From a candidate division LCP-89 bacterium (GTDB lineage: Bacteria; Electryoneota; B3-LCP): 64,000 bases of DNA. The stretch is taken from positions 72,654-136,653 of the forward strand of contig JALGVT010000003.1 in NCBI GenBank assembly GCA_025774555.1. The letters are read 5' to 3'. A program made the translations under genes and the position numbers. Below are positions 8,879-18,339 of the stretch, in pieces (position 1 is the first letter of the stretch; every line of letters starts with the position of its first letter). The notes beneath the pieces are model-generated. The model was given only the letters and a program-made list of their open reading frames with translations. It did no database searches and was not told the origin of the DNA.

Positions 8879-10453
8879 ATGCATTTAGTATCAAGAATTA
8901 TTGCAATTGCATTCTTCGTGATGTTATCGGTCTCATTGACATTTGGAGAAGACATCTCATTGTACCCACCCAATGTGCAGGCTGTGCTTGATAGCACAGG
9001 CGACAATCGAGGCGAGTTGGAAACAGTCCTGGAACATTACTCTGCCGATATCGATTCACTGAAATTACAGGCTGCATATTATTTGATCGCCAACATGCAA
9101 GGGCATAATTATGTTACCTACTCCCTGAATGATTCTATTGGAAATGAAATCGAATTAAATGTCTTAGATTACCCTGATTTCAAGGCGCTGATTGCCGCAT
9201 GTGACACTCTTGAAGAACAACACGGTGAAATCGATTTTGAGAAAAAGGATAAAATCGAAGACATAGACGTCATCAAGGCGGATTTTCTGATAAAACAGAT
9301 CGATTGGGCTTTTCGAGCCTGGCGCGAGAAACCGTGGGCGAAAGGGCTTTCATTCGATCAATTCTGCGAATATATTCTACCCTATCGAGGCAGCAGCGAG
9401 CCCCTTGAAGATTGGCGAGAAACCTTCTGGGACAAATATGCGCATATAGCCGATAGTCTGGATAATCCATCCGATCCTATCGAAGTAACTGCTCTTATAA
9501 ACGATGACATTAAATCCTGGTTCTCCTTCGATCCGCGTTACTATCTGCATCCTACCGATCAGGGGTTGTCTGAGATGCTCGAGAACCGTATGGGCAGATG
9601 CGAAGATATGACCAATCTCACCATCTACGCTATGCGGGCGAACGGGTTGGCAGTAACTAGCGACTACACGCCTTACTGGGCGAACACAGGGAACAATCAC
9701 GCCTGGAACGCCATCGTAACCGCGGATGGTAATGTCGTTCCTTTTATGGGCGCGGAAGCTAATCCCGGCAAGTATAATTTAGCTCATAAAATGGCGAAAA
9801 CCTATCGCAAGATGTTCAGCGAACAGAAGGATAATCTGATCTTTCAGGCAAGAAAGCAAGAAAAGGTTCCCCGCTGGCTCGCCGGTAAAAACTATAAGGA
9901 TGTAACCTCTGAATATATCGACGTTTCCGACGTGGCGATCGCCTTCGATCCTGAAGCGCCCGATTCGATTGACATAGCCTACCTCTGTGTGTTCAATACG
10001 GGCGAATGGGGAGCGATCCACTGGGGACGGATTGAAGATGGCTTAGCATATTTCACGGATATGGGGATGGATATTGTCTATCTGCCGGCGCTTTATATCG
10101 ACAAAAAGATCACACCATGGGGAGCGCCATTCATACTCGATTGTGATGGAGCTATAAAAACGCTGCTGCCTGCTGACGAAGCCACTATCACAGTTAAGCT
10201 GACCTCAACGACAAAGCGGAAATTGTTGGAATCGACTGACGGTATCGTAGAGAGCAGCTTAACTGCAGGAGTGGAATACGAGCTGTCCGCCTGGGATAAC
10301 GGCTGGCAATCCCTGGGTAAGCAGATTGCCACAGATAAACCGCTCACGTTTGAAGACATTCCCGCAGGATGTCTGTATTGGCTCACCGTAGATGGATCTG
10401 AAAAAGACGAGCGTATCTTTACCATTGAAGATGGGAAACAGGTGTGGTGGTAG
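8879..10453 (+). CDS. Secreted transglutaminase-like superfamily (Cys-His-Asp) protein
   Basis: Signal peptide; core motif GRCEDMTNLTIYAMRANGLAV (Gly-x-Cys...Arg-x-x-Gly) followed by NHAWNA (His-x-Trp), which defines transglutaminase-like cysteine protease folds. Confidence 0.7.
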   Translation: MHLVSRIIAIAFFVMLSVSLTFGEDISLYPPNVQAVLDSTGDNRGELETVLEHYSADIDSLKLQAAYYLIANMQGHNYVTYSLNDSIGNEIELNVLDYPDFKALIAACDTLEEQHGEIDFEKKDKIEDIDVIKADFLIKQIDWAFRAWREKPWAKGLSFDQFCEYILPYRGSSEPLEDWRETFWDKYAHIADSLDNPSDPIEVTALINDDIKSWFSFDPRYYLHPTDQGLSEMLENRMGRCEDMTNLTIYAMRANGLAVTSDYTPYWANTGNNHAWNAIVTADGNVVPFMGAEANPGKYNLAHKMAKTYRKMFSEQKDNLIFQARKQEKVPRWLAGKNYKDVTSEYIDVSDVAIAFDPEAPDSIDIAYLCVFNTGEWGAIHWGRIEDGLAYFTDMGMDIVYLPALYIDKKITPWGAPFILDCDGAIKTLLPADEATITVKLTSTTKRKLLESTDGIVESSLTAGVEYELSAWDNGWQSLGKQIATDKPLTFEDIPAGCLYWLTVDGSEKDERIFTIEDGKQVWW

Positions 10454-10485
10454 CACTGAAGGATAAAATATAAACAGAGAATATC

Positions 10486-10806
10486 ATGCTTTTAGGCAGA
10501 GTAATTGGGACCGTCTGGGCGACGCGCAAGGACGATAAACTGGAGGGGATGAAATTCCAGATCGTCCGCGCGGTGGATACGGACTATAAACCGCTGAATA
10601 ACTTTGTCGTGGCGGTGGACAGCGTCGGCGCGGGGGCGGGCGAGATCGTGCTGATCGCGCAGGGATCGTCCGGCAGGCTAACCTGGCTGACGAAAGACAA
10701 GCCGGTCGATGCGGTTATCATGGCTATAGTTGACCGCTTAGACGTTGAAGTGCCGGAATCAGAATGGGAAGAGAACTTAAGCTCACCAGGTGGAACTAAG
10801 CGATGA
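10486..10806 (+). CDS. EutN/CcmL/PduN-family bacterial microcompartment vertex (BMC-P) protein
   Basis: MLLGRVIGTVWATRKDDKLEGMKF...AVDSVGAGAGEIVLIAQGSSGR...DKPVDAVIMAIVD matches the CcmL/EutN pattern (RV-GTV-ST-K...VGAG-E-VL...GS-R...PVDA-AIVD). Confidence 0.8.
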   Translation: MLLGRVIGTVWATRKDDKLEGMKFQIVRAVDTDYKPLNNFVVAVDSVGAGAGEIVLIAQGSSGRLTWLTKDKPVDAVIMAIVDRLDVEVPESEWEENLSSPGGTKR

Positions 10807-11084
10807 ACTTAGCGAAAGTTATCGGCACCATCTGGGCAACGGTTAAGGATGAGCATCTTGACAACTCCAAGCTGCAACTGATTCAGCCACTCACTGAGGA
10901 GGGCAAAAAGATGGGCAGCGTTATTGCTGCGGTAGATACCGTCGGAGCGGGGCAGAGAGAGATTGTTTTCTATGTGACCTCCCGCGAAGCGGCGCTGTCT
11001 TTCCCTGAACCGTTGTTGACGCCCGTCGATGCCGCCATAGTTGGTATCGTTGACCGGGTAGAACGTTATCAAAGGAATTCCTAA
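10803..11084 (+). CDS. Second EutN/CcmL-family BMC vertex protein (ATGA overlap with the first)
   Basis: MNLAKVIGTIWATVKDEHLDNSKLQLIQ...AVDTVGAGQREIVFYV...PVDAAIVGIVD. A hairpin GGCAACC...GGTTGCC plus a T-run follows at about 11125-11160. Confidence 0.8.
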   Translation: MNLAKVIGTIWATVKDEHLDNSKLQLIQPLTEEGKKMGSVIAAVDTVGAGQREIVFYVTSREAALSFPEPLLTPVDAAIVGIVDRVERYQRNS

Positions 11085-11166
11085 ATAAAACAAACTATCA
11101 CCGCTGAAAAAGTCGTACAACATTGGCAACCATGATTTGTGACAGGTTGCCGTTTTAATTAAAACT

Positions 11167-11757
11167 ATGAAAATACTATTAGCATCGAGAAACAAAGACA
11201 AACTCCGTGAGATTCGGGAAAAGACCGCCTCACTGGATGTGGATATCCTTTCGCCGGACGATTTTCCCGATCTGCCGGATGTAGAAGAAGACGGCGATAC
11301 TTTAGAAGCGAACGCCATCAAGAAGGCGCTGGCGCTCTCCAAGTTTGTCAATCTGCCCACTCTGGCGGATGATACAGGGCTGGAAGTGGACGCCTTGAAC
11401 GGTGCGCCGGGGCTCTACTCAGCGAGGTATGCCGGTCCGGACGCAACCTATCTGGATAACGTCGATAAGCTGCTTCGTGAGATGCAGGATGTGCCTGAAG
11501 GGAAGCGATCCGCCTGTTTCCGCTGTGTGCTTGCTTATGTAATTAAAGAAGAGATACATCTGTTCGAGGGGAAAGTTCAGGGAATCATCATCACCGAAGC
11601 TCGCGGCATAAGCGGTTTTGGGTATGATCCTGTGTTCTATATTCCTGAGGAGAACAAAACCTTCGCAGAGATGCCTCTGGAAAGAAAGAACAAGATCTCT
11701 CACCGTGGCCTCGCTGTTGATGCCTGGGTGAAATATATTGAGCAACTAATGCAATGA
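11167..11757 (+). CDS. rdgB: Non-canonical purine NTP pyrophosphatase (RdgB/HAM1)
   Basis: MKILLASRNKDKLREI, FGYDPVF and KNKISHRG motifs. Confidence 0.9.
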   Translation: MKILLASRNKDKLREIREKTASLDVDILSPDDFPDLPDVEEDGDTLEANAIKKALALSKFVNLPTLADDTGLEVDALNGAPGLYSARYAGPDATYLDNVDKLLREMQDVPEGKRSACFRCVLAYVIKEEIHLFEGKVQGIIITEARGISGFGYDPVFYIPEENKTFAEMPLERKNKISHRGLAVDAWVKYIEQLMQ

Positions 11758-11773
11758 TCTGGCTGGGAAACCT

Positions 11774-12922
11774 TTGAAACGTTACTACTTTGATCATAGC
11801 GCAACTACGCGCGTCAACGCACGGGCTATCGAGGCGATGACGAGGGTTATGGAGAGCAACTTCGGCAATCCGTCAAGCGTGCACGCTTTCGGGCGCGACG
11901 CCCGGGTTGTGCTGGAAGAATATAGAGAAACGATTGCCTCACTGCTGAATGCGGACGCTGGCGAGGTATTCTTTACGTCCGGTGGTACTGAAGCGGATAA
12001 TCTGGCTCTTATCGGCGTCATGCAGGCGAACAGATCGCGCGGCAGGCATCTTATTACGTCAGCTTACGAACATCACGCCATCCTCGACGCGGCTGAATAC
12101 CTCGGGAAGAACGGATTTGAGATCTCCTATATCAAGCCCGACAGATACGGACAAATTCAGCTTGATGACGTAGTGCGAGCAATCAGACCTGATACGCAAC
12201 TAATTTCGGTGATGCACGTCAATAACGAAGTCGGCACGATCAACGATATCGGAGCTATCGGAAAGTTAGCTCAAGAAAGGGATATTCTTTTTCACACGGA
12301 TGCCGTGCAATCGTTCAGTAAAATCCCGATAGACGTAAAAGCGATGAATATCGATCTCCTATCGCTCTCCGGGCATAAAATTTATGGACCGAAGGGGAAC
12401 GGCGCGATCTACATACGCAAGGGCGTTAATATCGAGCGTCGTCAGTTCGGTGGTCATCAGGAAAGGGAGATCAGGACGGGCACCGAAAATCTGCCCGGAA
12501 TAGCTGGACTGACCATGGCTGCTCAGATCTGTCACCAGGAAATGGATTCAGAAGCAGAGCGATTGCTTTATTTGCGCGAGAAACTATGGAATGGTCTGAA
12601 CGACAGTTTGGCTGATATTCAACTTAACGGACATCCTGAAGAGCGGCTGCATGGTCTATGCAACGTCTCTTTTGGCGGAGTTGAGGGTGAGGCGTTGATG
12701 CTTTCAATGGACCTGAAGGGGATAGCCGCTTCGACAGGATCCGCCTGCAGTTCGGGACAGACCAGTGCATCACACGTACTCCTTTCTATGGGAATTCCGC
12801 CGGAAATGGCGCAGAGTTCGATCCGATTCTCGCTGGGTAAGGAGACCGATGATGAAGCGGTTGATTACGTCCTTGAAATTGTTCCTGAGATAGTGAATAA
12901 CCTCAGGAAAATGTCCTTCTGA
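11774..12922 (+). CDS. Cysteine desulfurase, NifS/IscS family (TTG start)
   Basis: YFDHSATT N-terminus; PLP lysine region SGHKIYGPKG; active-site Cys in GSACSSG. Confidence 0.9.
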   Translation: MKRYYFDHSATTRVNARAIEAMTRVMESNFGNPSSVHAFGRDARVVLEEYRETIASLLNADAGEVFFTSGGTEADNLALIGVMQANRSRGRHLITSAYEHHAILDAAEYLGKNGFEISYIKPDRYGQIQLDDVVRAIRPDTQLISVMHVNNEVGTINDIGAIGKLAQERDILFHTDAVQSFSKIPIDVKAMNIDLLSLSGHKIYGPKGNGAIYIRKGVNIERRQFGGHQEREIRTGTENLPGIAGLTMAAQICHQEMDSEAERLLYLREKLWNGLNDSLADIQLNGHPEERLHGLCNVSFGGVEGEALMLSMDLKGIAASTGSACSSGQTSASHVLLSMGIPPEMAQSSIRFSLGKETDDEAVDYVLEIVPEIVNNLRKMSF

Positions 12923-12949
12923 TTATTCTGTTCATAATTAATAGTTGAT

Positions 12950-14062
12950 ATGGCACAGAAGCGAGCAGCCGTTGCCATGAGCGGCGGCGTGGATAGTTCA
13001 GTTACTGCGGCTTTACTGCTGAATAAGGGCTATGACGTCATCGGTATAACGATGAAGTTGTTTGCTCCTAAAACTACTGATCTCTCTTCGCAAATCGAAC
13101 GCGGCTGTTGTAATATCGATGCTGTCCACCGCGCCGAATCCGTCTGTCACACGCTAAACATTCCGCATTACTCCGTTGACCTGATAGATAAGTTTCAAAA
13201 ACACGTTATAGATGATTTCAGCGACGAATATATAGCCGGTCGGACTCCCAATCCTTGTGTCAGATGTAATGCCTTCCTCAAGTGGGGCAGTTTGCTGAGG
13301 AAAGCAGAATTGTTAGAGCGCCAATATCTGGCAACTGGTCATTACGCTCGTATTGATAAGGTAGGAGATGAATATCATCTGCTGAGGGCTGAAAATCACG
13401 ACAAGGATCAGGTTTATGCTCTCTGGGGAATACCGGCGGACGCTCTGTCGAAAACCCTGTTCCCTCTCGGGTCTCTAAGGAAAGAAAAAGTCAGGGAGAT
13501 TGCATCATCACTTGACTTGAAATCCGCGCAGACGCCGGAGAGTCAGGAAATATGTTTTATCCCCGGAAATGATTACGCCGAGTTTCTAAGAGGTTATCGT
13601 CCCGATTTTTTCACGCAACTTCAACCGGGCGACCTGATCGAAGAGACGTCAGAAGATGTGAAGAAAGTCGGCGAACACGCTGGTTATCCATTTTACACCA
13701 TCGGACAGAGGCGGGGCTTGGGCGGCGGGTTTCCTGACCCGAGATATGTGAACCGGATAGACCCGCAGACAAACCGGGTGTATATCGGAACTAAGGAAAG
13801 GCTCTTCAGCAAACGTTTTGAGGTGGATCAAATCAACTGGTTGATTGCCTCGCCGCATAGCGCAATCGTTGCTGAGGTTCAAATACGGTATCGGTCTCCC
13901 GCGGTACCGGCTCTGATCTATCCAAAAGATGATTCAGTCGGAGCAATAATTGAGTTTGAGGAGCCTGTCGAAGCGATTACTCCCGGGCAATCTGCCGTAT
14001 TCTTCCAAAGTGACCGGCTGATTGGCGGGGGCAGGATTACTATCGTTGCTGATCCTAACTAA
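12950..14062 (+). CDS. mnmA: tRNA-specific 2-thiouridylase
   Basis: AVAMSGGVDSSVTAALL PP-loop plus the conserved Cys pair; adjacent to the cysteine desulfurase, which fits the known sulfur relay. Confidence 0.9.
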   Translation: MAQKRAAVAMSGGVDSSVTAALLLNKGYDVIGITMKLFAPKTTDLSSQIERGCCNIDAVHRAESVCHTLNIPHYSVDLIDKFQKHVIDDFSDEYIAGRTPNPCVRCNAFLKWGSLLRKAELLERQYLATGHYARIDKVGDEYHLLRAENHDKDQVYALWGIPADALSKTLFPLGSLRKEKVREIASSLDLKSAQTPESQEICFIPGNDYAEFLRGYRPDFFTQLQPGDLIEETSEDVKKVGEHAGYPFYTIGQRRGLGGGFPDPRYVNRIDPQTNRVYIGTKERLFSKRFEVDQINWLIASPHSAIVAEVQIRYRSPAVPALIYPKDDSVGAIIEFEEPVEAITPGQSAVFFQSDRLIGGGRITIVADPN

Positions 14063-14110
14063 GAGATAATTTTCAATGATCTTATCCCACAGGTTTATTT
14101 AGGTTTATAA

Positions 14111-14917
14111 ATGAAAAAGGTTACGACGAAATCTCTTCTGGAGATGAAGGCAAAGGGCGAAAAAATCGCTGTTCTGACTGCCTATGACGCCACTTTTGCC
14201 AGTCTTCAGGATGAGGCAGAAATAGAGGTGATCCTCGTAGGTGATTCAGCGGCAATGGTCATCTGCGGCGAGTCTTCCACGCTGACCGCTACGATGGATC
14301 AGATGGTCTATCACGTGCGATGTGTTTCCGGGGGAGTGAAGCGTGCGCTGCTGGTCGCTGATATGCCCTTCATGTCATTTCAGATTTCCGCTGAAGAGAC
14401 ATTACGCAATGCCGGACGTTTTCTTGCCGAGGCTGGAGCGGAAGCGGTTAAACTGGAAGGCGGCAAGCCGATTCTGGATACGGTCAAGAGACTGGTGGAC
14501 GTCGGCATCCCGGTCATGGGACATCTGGGGTTGACGCCCCAGTCCATCCATCAATTCGGAGGGTGGGGAGTGCGGGCGAGAGAACAAGGGGAAGCGGATA
14601 GACTGCTTGAAGATGCGCTGGCGCTGGAGAAAGCAGGCGTATTCTCAATGGTACTGGAGAAGATTCCAGCTCCCTTAGCTGGTGAAGTCTCGCGTGCGCT
14701 GAAAGTACCCACCATCGGCATCGGTTCTGGAGCAGATTGCGATGGACAGGTGCTGGTCAATTACGATATGCTTGGGTTATATGAAAAGTTCGCCATGAAA
14801 TTCGTGCGCAAATACCGGCTTCTCGGGAAGGAAGTAACCGCTGCCGTAAGAGAGTACATTCAAGATGTAAAAAAGGGAGATTTTCCTTCCAAAGATGAGA
14901 GTTACGATATAAATTAA
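14111..14917 (+). CDS. panB: 3-methyl-2-oxobutanoate hydroxymethyltransferase
   Basis: LTAYDATFASL...VILVGDSAAMV signature. Confidence 0.9.
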   Translation: MKKVTTKSLLEMKAKGEKIAVLTAYDATFASLQDEAEIEVILVGDSAAMVICGESSTLTATMDQMVYHVRCVSGGVKRALLVADMPFMSFQISAEETLRNAGRFLAEAGAEAVKLEGGKPILDTVKRLVDVGIPVMGHLGLTPQSIHQFGGWGVRAREQGEADRLLEDALALEKAGVFSMVLEKIPAPLAGEVSRALKVPTIGIGSGADCDGQVLVNYDMLGLYEKFAMKFVRKYRLLGKEVTAAVREYIQDVKKGDFPSKDESYDIN

Positions 14918-14923
14918 AGCGCT

Positions 14924-15769
14924 ATGATAAAATGTGAAACTATATCGCAGCTTCGCGAGATAGTAAATGAATGGAAACAGCAGGGCAAGCGAATAGGATT
15001 AGTTCCTACGATGGGATACCTTCACGAGGGACATCTATCGCTGATCGATTATATCAAATCGCATTGTGACTGTGTAATCGCATCGGTCTTCGTCAATCCC
15101 AAACAGTTCGGACCGGGTGAAGATATAGATCGTTATCCACAGGATTTCGAACGCGACATGCAATTGCTGCAGGAGCGGGGTGTCGATGTCCTCTTCATCC
15201 CTGAAAGCAATGAAATCTATCCGGATGATTATTACACCTACGTTCAGGTAGATGAACTGGGCAAGGGACTATGCGGGCGCAGTCGTCCCACACATTTCCG
15301 AGGGGTCACAACCATCGTATCGAAGCTGTTTCTAATTACCAAGTGTGACGTTGCGGCATTTGGACAGAAGGATTACCAGCAGGCGGTAATCATTCAGCGG
15401 ATGGTCAAGGATCTGAATTTCGATATTCAGATTATCGTCTGTCCCACTGTACGCGAAGAGGATGGCGTTGCTATGAGTTCGCGCAACAGTTATCTTTCTG
15501 CGGAGGAAAGAAGTAGCGCAGTCCATTTATATCAATCTCTAAAGAGAGCGGAAAACCTTTTTAAATCGGGTGAATTGCACGCGGCGCGTTTACGCGAAGA
15601 GATGAAGAGTTCTCTGCTTTCAACACCTGAAATAAATGTGGATTACCTTGAGGTAGTGGATGCAGAAACACTGCAAAGCATAGATAAAGTTCACAGAATA
15701 ACTCTCCTCGCAGGGGCTGTTTGGGTAGGTAAGACGAGGTTAATAGATAATATTTTAATTGATCCCTGA
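14924..15769 (+). CDS. panC: Pantoate--beta-alanine ligase
   Basis: GLVPTMGYLHEGHLSLI (HIGH-like motif) and FGQKDYQQ. Confidence 0.9.
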   Translation: MIKCETISQLREIVNEWKQQGKRIGLVPTMGYLHEGHLSLIDYIKSHCDCVIASVFVNPKQFGPGEDIDRYPQDFERDMQLLQERGVDVLFIPESNEIYPDDYYTYVQVDELGKGLCGRSRPTHFRGVTTIVSKLFLITKCDVAAFGQKDYQQAVIIQRMVKDLNFDIQIIVCPTVREEDGVAMSSRNSYLSAEERSSAVHLYQSLKRAENLFKSGELHAARLREEMKSSLLSTPEINVDYLEVVDAETLQSIDKVHRITLLAGAVWVGKTRLIDNILIDP

Positions 15770-16507
15770 ATGAACACTGATAAGGAAAAGCTGGCTGTTT
15801 TTATCATGGCTGCGGGTAAGGGTACCCGGATGAAATCCGATCTTCCCAAGGTGCTGCACAAACTGCGCGGACGCGCTATGATACATTATGTAGTCGAAAC
15901 GGCACAGGAGATCGGCGCGGATCCCATCGTCCTGATTATTGGGCATCAGAAAGAAAGCGTCATGCAGGAATTGGAAGGTGAGAAAGTACGTTTTGCCGTA
16001 CAGGAGCCGCAATTAGGCACCGGACATGCTGTTATGTGCGCTGAAAAAGAGGCAAAGGATCATTCTGGAGCGGTTCTGGTCTTATCGGGTGACGTGCCGC
16101 TGATAAAACCTGCAACTTTAAAAAGGTTGCGGGATCAGCATAGAAAAATGAATGCCGCCGCTACTGTTCTGACTGCGGTTACTGAGCATCCTACTGGTTA
16201 TGGAAGGGTTGTTCGTCAGGCATCGGGTAACGTCGAGGCGATTGTCGAGGAGCGCGATGCAAGCGATGAGATTCGCAAGATAAACGAGATCAACAGCGGT
16301 ATTTATATATTCGAGATCGCCGATCTTCGCCGCGTGCTTCCACAGCTCAGCGACGATAATGATCAGGAAGAGTATTATCTGACGGACGCCGTGGGAATCC
16401 TGACCCGCGAAGGGAAAACCGTTGCCGCCGTCGATGGCGATATGCGTGAAGCGATGGGAATAAACACAGCGGGTGAGTTACAGGAAGCAGAGAAACTGCT
16501 TTCCTGA
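15770..16507 (+). CDS. Sugar-phosphate nucleotidyltransferase resembling the GlmU N-terminal domain, without the acetyltransferase domain
   Basis: FIMAAGKGTRMKSDLPKVLH matches the GlmU N-terminal motif. The protein is only 245 aa with a stop at 16507 and no left-handed beta-helix repeats. Start ATG overlaps the panC stop. Confidence 0.7.
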   Translation: MNTDKEKLAVFIMAAGKGTRMKSDLPKVLHKLRGRAMIHYVVETAQEIGADPIVLIIGHQKESVMQELEGEKVRFAVQEPQLGTGHAVMCAEKEAKDHSGAVLVLSGDVPLIKPATLKRLRDQHRKMNAAATVLTAVTEHPTGYGRVVRQASGNVEAIVEERDASDEIRKINEINSGIYIFEIADLRRVLPQLSDDNDQEEYYLTDAVGILTREGKTVAAVDGDMREAMGINTAGELQEAEKLLS

Positions 16508-16580
16508 GGAACTTCAATGCTTGGGGAATGTATAATTCTTAGATGAGATCAGCTCGAATTATAATTGATTCAGAAACTCC

Positions 16581-16609
16581 TTGACTTTTGCCCCTGATGT
16601 TGCTATACT
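16581..16609 (+). promoter_or_regulatory. Sigma-70-like promoter TTGACT-N17-TATACT
   Basis: TTGACT 16581-16586, 17-nt spacer, TATACT 16604-16609; 28 nt upstream of the ORF at 16638. Confidence 0.55.
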
Positions 16610-16637
16610 CATGTTAAAGGATTGAAGGATTTTTACG

Positions 16638-17171
16638 ATGAAGAGAACAGCACTATATTTGATGGTAGTCAGCTTTATAGTTGTCTCTTCTGCTGCCGCT
16701 CAGATAGAGGATACGCGCAGTACGGAAAAGTTCAGTAATTACCTGCGCTCCGGCAGCGATTACGGACTTGGATTACAGTCAATCGGCTTATTTAATCCCA
16801 GCCGGATGACGTTCTCTCATTCTATCTCCTCCAGCTATATTTCATCCGGCGGCGAAGGAGTGATGCGCAATATGTTCATGGAGACAATCGGATACAGGAT
16901 TTCGCAGCCATTGACTTTGACTATGAATATAGGCTATCTTCAGCAACCGTATTCGACCTTCAACCAGAACAGCGCACTAAGCTCAGGTCGTTTCATGGGC
17001 AGCGCCGCTTTGACATGGCGCCCGCGTGACAATATGTTTTTACATTTAGAGGTAGGAAATATTCCTTCTTACGGTAACTACGGCTATTACCCTTACAATT
17101 GTTTCGTACCGAGATATACGCCGGTTAATACAGATAGACCTCATACAGATGAATTATTCGAGGAGGATTAG
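16638..17171 (+). CDS. Hypothetical secreted protein (possibly a small outer-membrane protein)
   Basis: Signal peptide MKRTALYLMVVSFIVVSSAAAQ; promoter and ribosome-binding site upstream; no recognisable motifs. Confidence 0.5.
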   Translation: MKRTALYLMVVSFIVVSSAAAQIEDTRSTEKFSNYLRSGSDYGLGLQSIGLFNPSRMTFSHSISSSYISSGGEGVMRNMFMETIGYRISQPLTLTMNIGYLQQPYSTFNQNSALSSGRFMGSAALTWRPRDNMFLHLEVGNIPSYGNYGYYPYNCFVPRYTPVNTDRPHTDELFEED

Positions 17172-17257
17172 TTCATTCTGATGGGGATCGATTTAAATCA
17201 CCGAAATCTTAATAATAGACAGCGCCGCGCTGCTCACAGCGGCGTTTTCTTTGTGAT

Positions 17258-17866
17258 GTGACCATGAAAAAACGTCCCGTAAGTCGTTCGAGAAGCTCCT
17301 CAGGAAGTCGAACTGATAGTCCGCAGGTATGGATTATTGTCCTGCTCAGTCTGCTGGTCCTATTGACCGCAATTGATCTTTACTTGGATCACTTCAAGGT
17401 GTTGAAGTCACAAACGGAGAAGCCGCAGGATTCGCAAATCAAAGAGCTTAAAACAGAAGAAATCCCTGTGGCACGGAGAGTGGAAGACTCTGATCCTGTG
17501 CCCGATGAAGCTGAAGATGAGAAACCTGAGGTTGTTGCTGCGTCGCAGGAACTTCCCAGTCCATCTCAGGTCAACGTACAGGTCTTGAATGGCTGTGGAG
17601 TACGCGGGATAGCAGCGCGGGTCAGAGGGATTCTCAGGGAACGCGAATTTGACGTGCTGAGCTATGGCAATGCCAGAAAAGTCGATTATCCTTCGTCATT
17701 TATTCTGGTTCGTTCAGCAGGAAGTTTCGGCGAACAGGCAGCGAAGGTTTTAGCGCGCTCTGTTGGGATAAATGAATCCCGGATAAGCATACAACGAGAT
17801 CCCAATCTCGTCGATATTCACGTGACATTAGTCCTCGGGTTGGATTATAAAAATTTGAATCTTTAA
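17258..17866 (+). CDS. Membrane-anchored LytR_C (LytR cell-envelope-related C-terminal) domain protein
   Basis: One transmembrane helix, a Pro/Glu-rich linker, and a C-terminal VQVLNGCGVRGIAARVRGILREREFDVLSYGNA pattern typical of the LytR_C domain. Confidence 0.6.
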   Translation: MTMKKRPVSRSRSSSGSRTDSPQVWIIVLLSLLVLLTAIDLYLDHFKVLKSQTEKPQDSQIKELKTEEIPVARRVEDSDPVPDEAEDEKPEVVAASQELPSPSQVNVQVLNGCGVRGIAARVRGILREREFDVLSYGNARKVDYPSSFILVRSAGSFGEQAAKVLARSVGINESRISIQRDPNLVDIHVTLVLGLDYKNLNL

Positions 17867-17883
17867 CAGATCAGGAGCAACCT

Positions 17884-18282
17884 ACGCGGCAACAGAAAAG
17901 ACCTCGCACAGCCGAAAGCCTAGAACTGGCGAAGAAAATTGCCAGGCTGGCATGGGATAAAAAGGGTGAAGATATCGTCGTTCTGGATATAACAGGACTG
18001 GCAGAATTCACCGATTTATTCGTCCTGGTTTCTTCTGAAATTGATCAGCATATTAGAGCAGTTGCCCAACATATCATAGACGAATTGCGGGAAGAGGGTA
18101 TCCGTCCGCACCACGTCGAGGGCATGAATGAGATGCGCTGGATACTCATCGACTACGTTGACGTCGTGGTGCATCTATTACTGCCCGAGGTCAGGCAGTT
18201 TTACGAGTTGGAAGCGCTCTGGGGAGATGCGGAGCGCATCTCGATTGATTTCGATAAGGCAGATCGGGATTTATTGTCTTGA
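17884..18282 (+). CDS. rsfS: Ribosome silencing factor RsfS (Iojap); start codon uncertain
   Basis: The in-frame translation from 17851 reads ...LELAKKIARLAWDKKGEDIVVLDITGLAEFTDLFVLVSSEIDQHIRAVAQHIIDEL..., which is RsfS-like. No ATG, GTG or TTG lies in frame between the upstream stop (17848-17850) and the internal TTG at 18085. AGGAG ribosome-binding site at 17871-17875. Confidence 0.65.
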   Translation, partial: TRQQKRPRTAESLELAKKIARLAWDKKGEDIVVLDITGLAEFTDLFVLVSSEIDQHIRAVAQHIIDELREEGIRPHHVEGMNEMRWILIDYVDVVVHLLLPEVRQFYELEALWGDAERISIDFDKADRDLLS

Positions 18283-18339
18283 AGCCAAACGCCTTCCCTG
18301 TTTACACCCATAACCCCGTAATATAACTGAAATCCCATC

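Noticed and set aside
10486-11084. A complete bacterial microcompartment locus
   Set aside because: Only the two vertex (EutN/CcmL) genes are present. No BMC-H/T shell genes or signature enzymes appear within the window, so this is reported as an orphan pair only.
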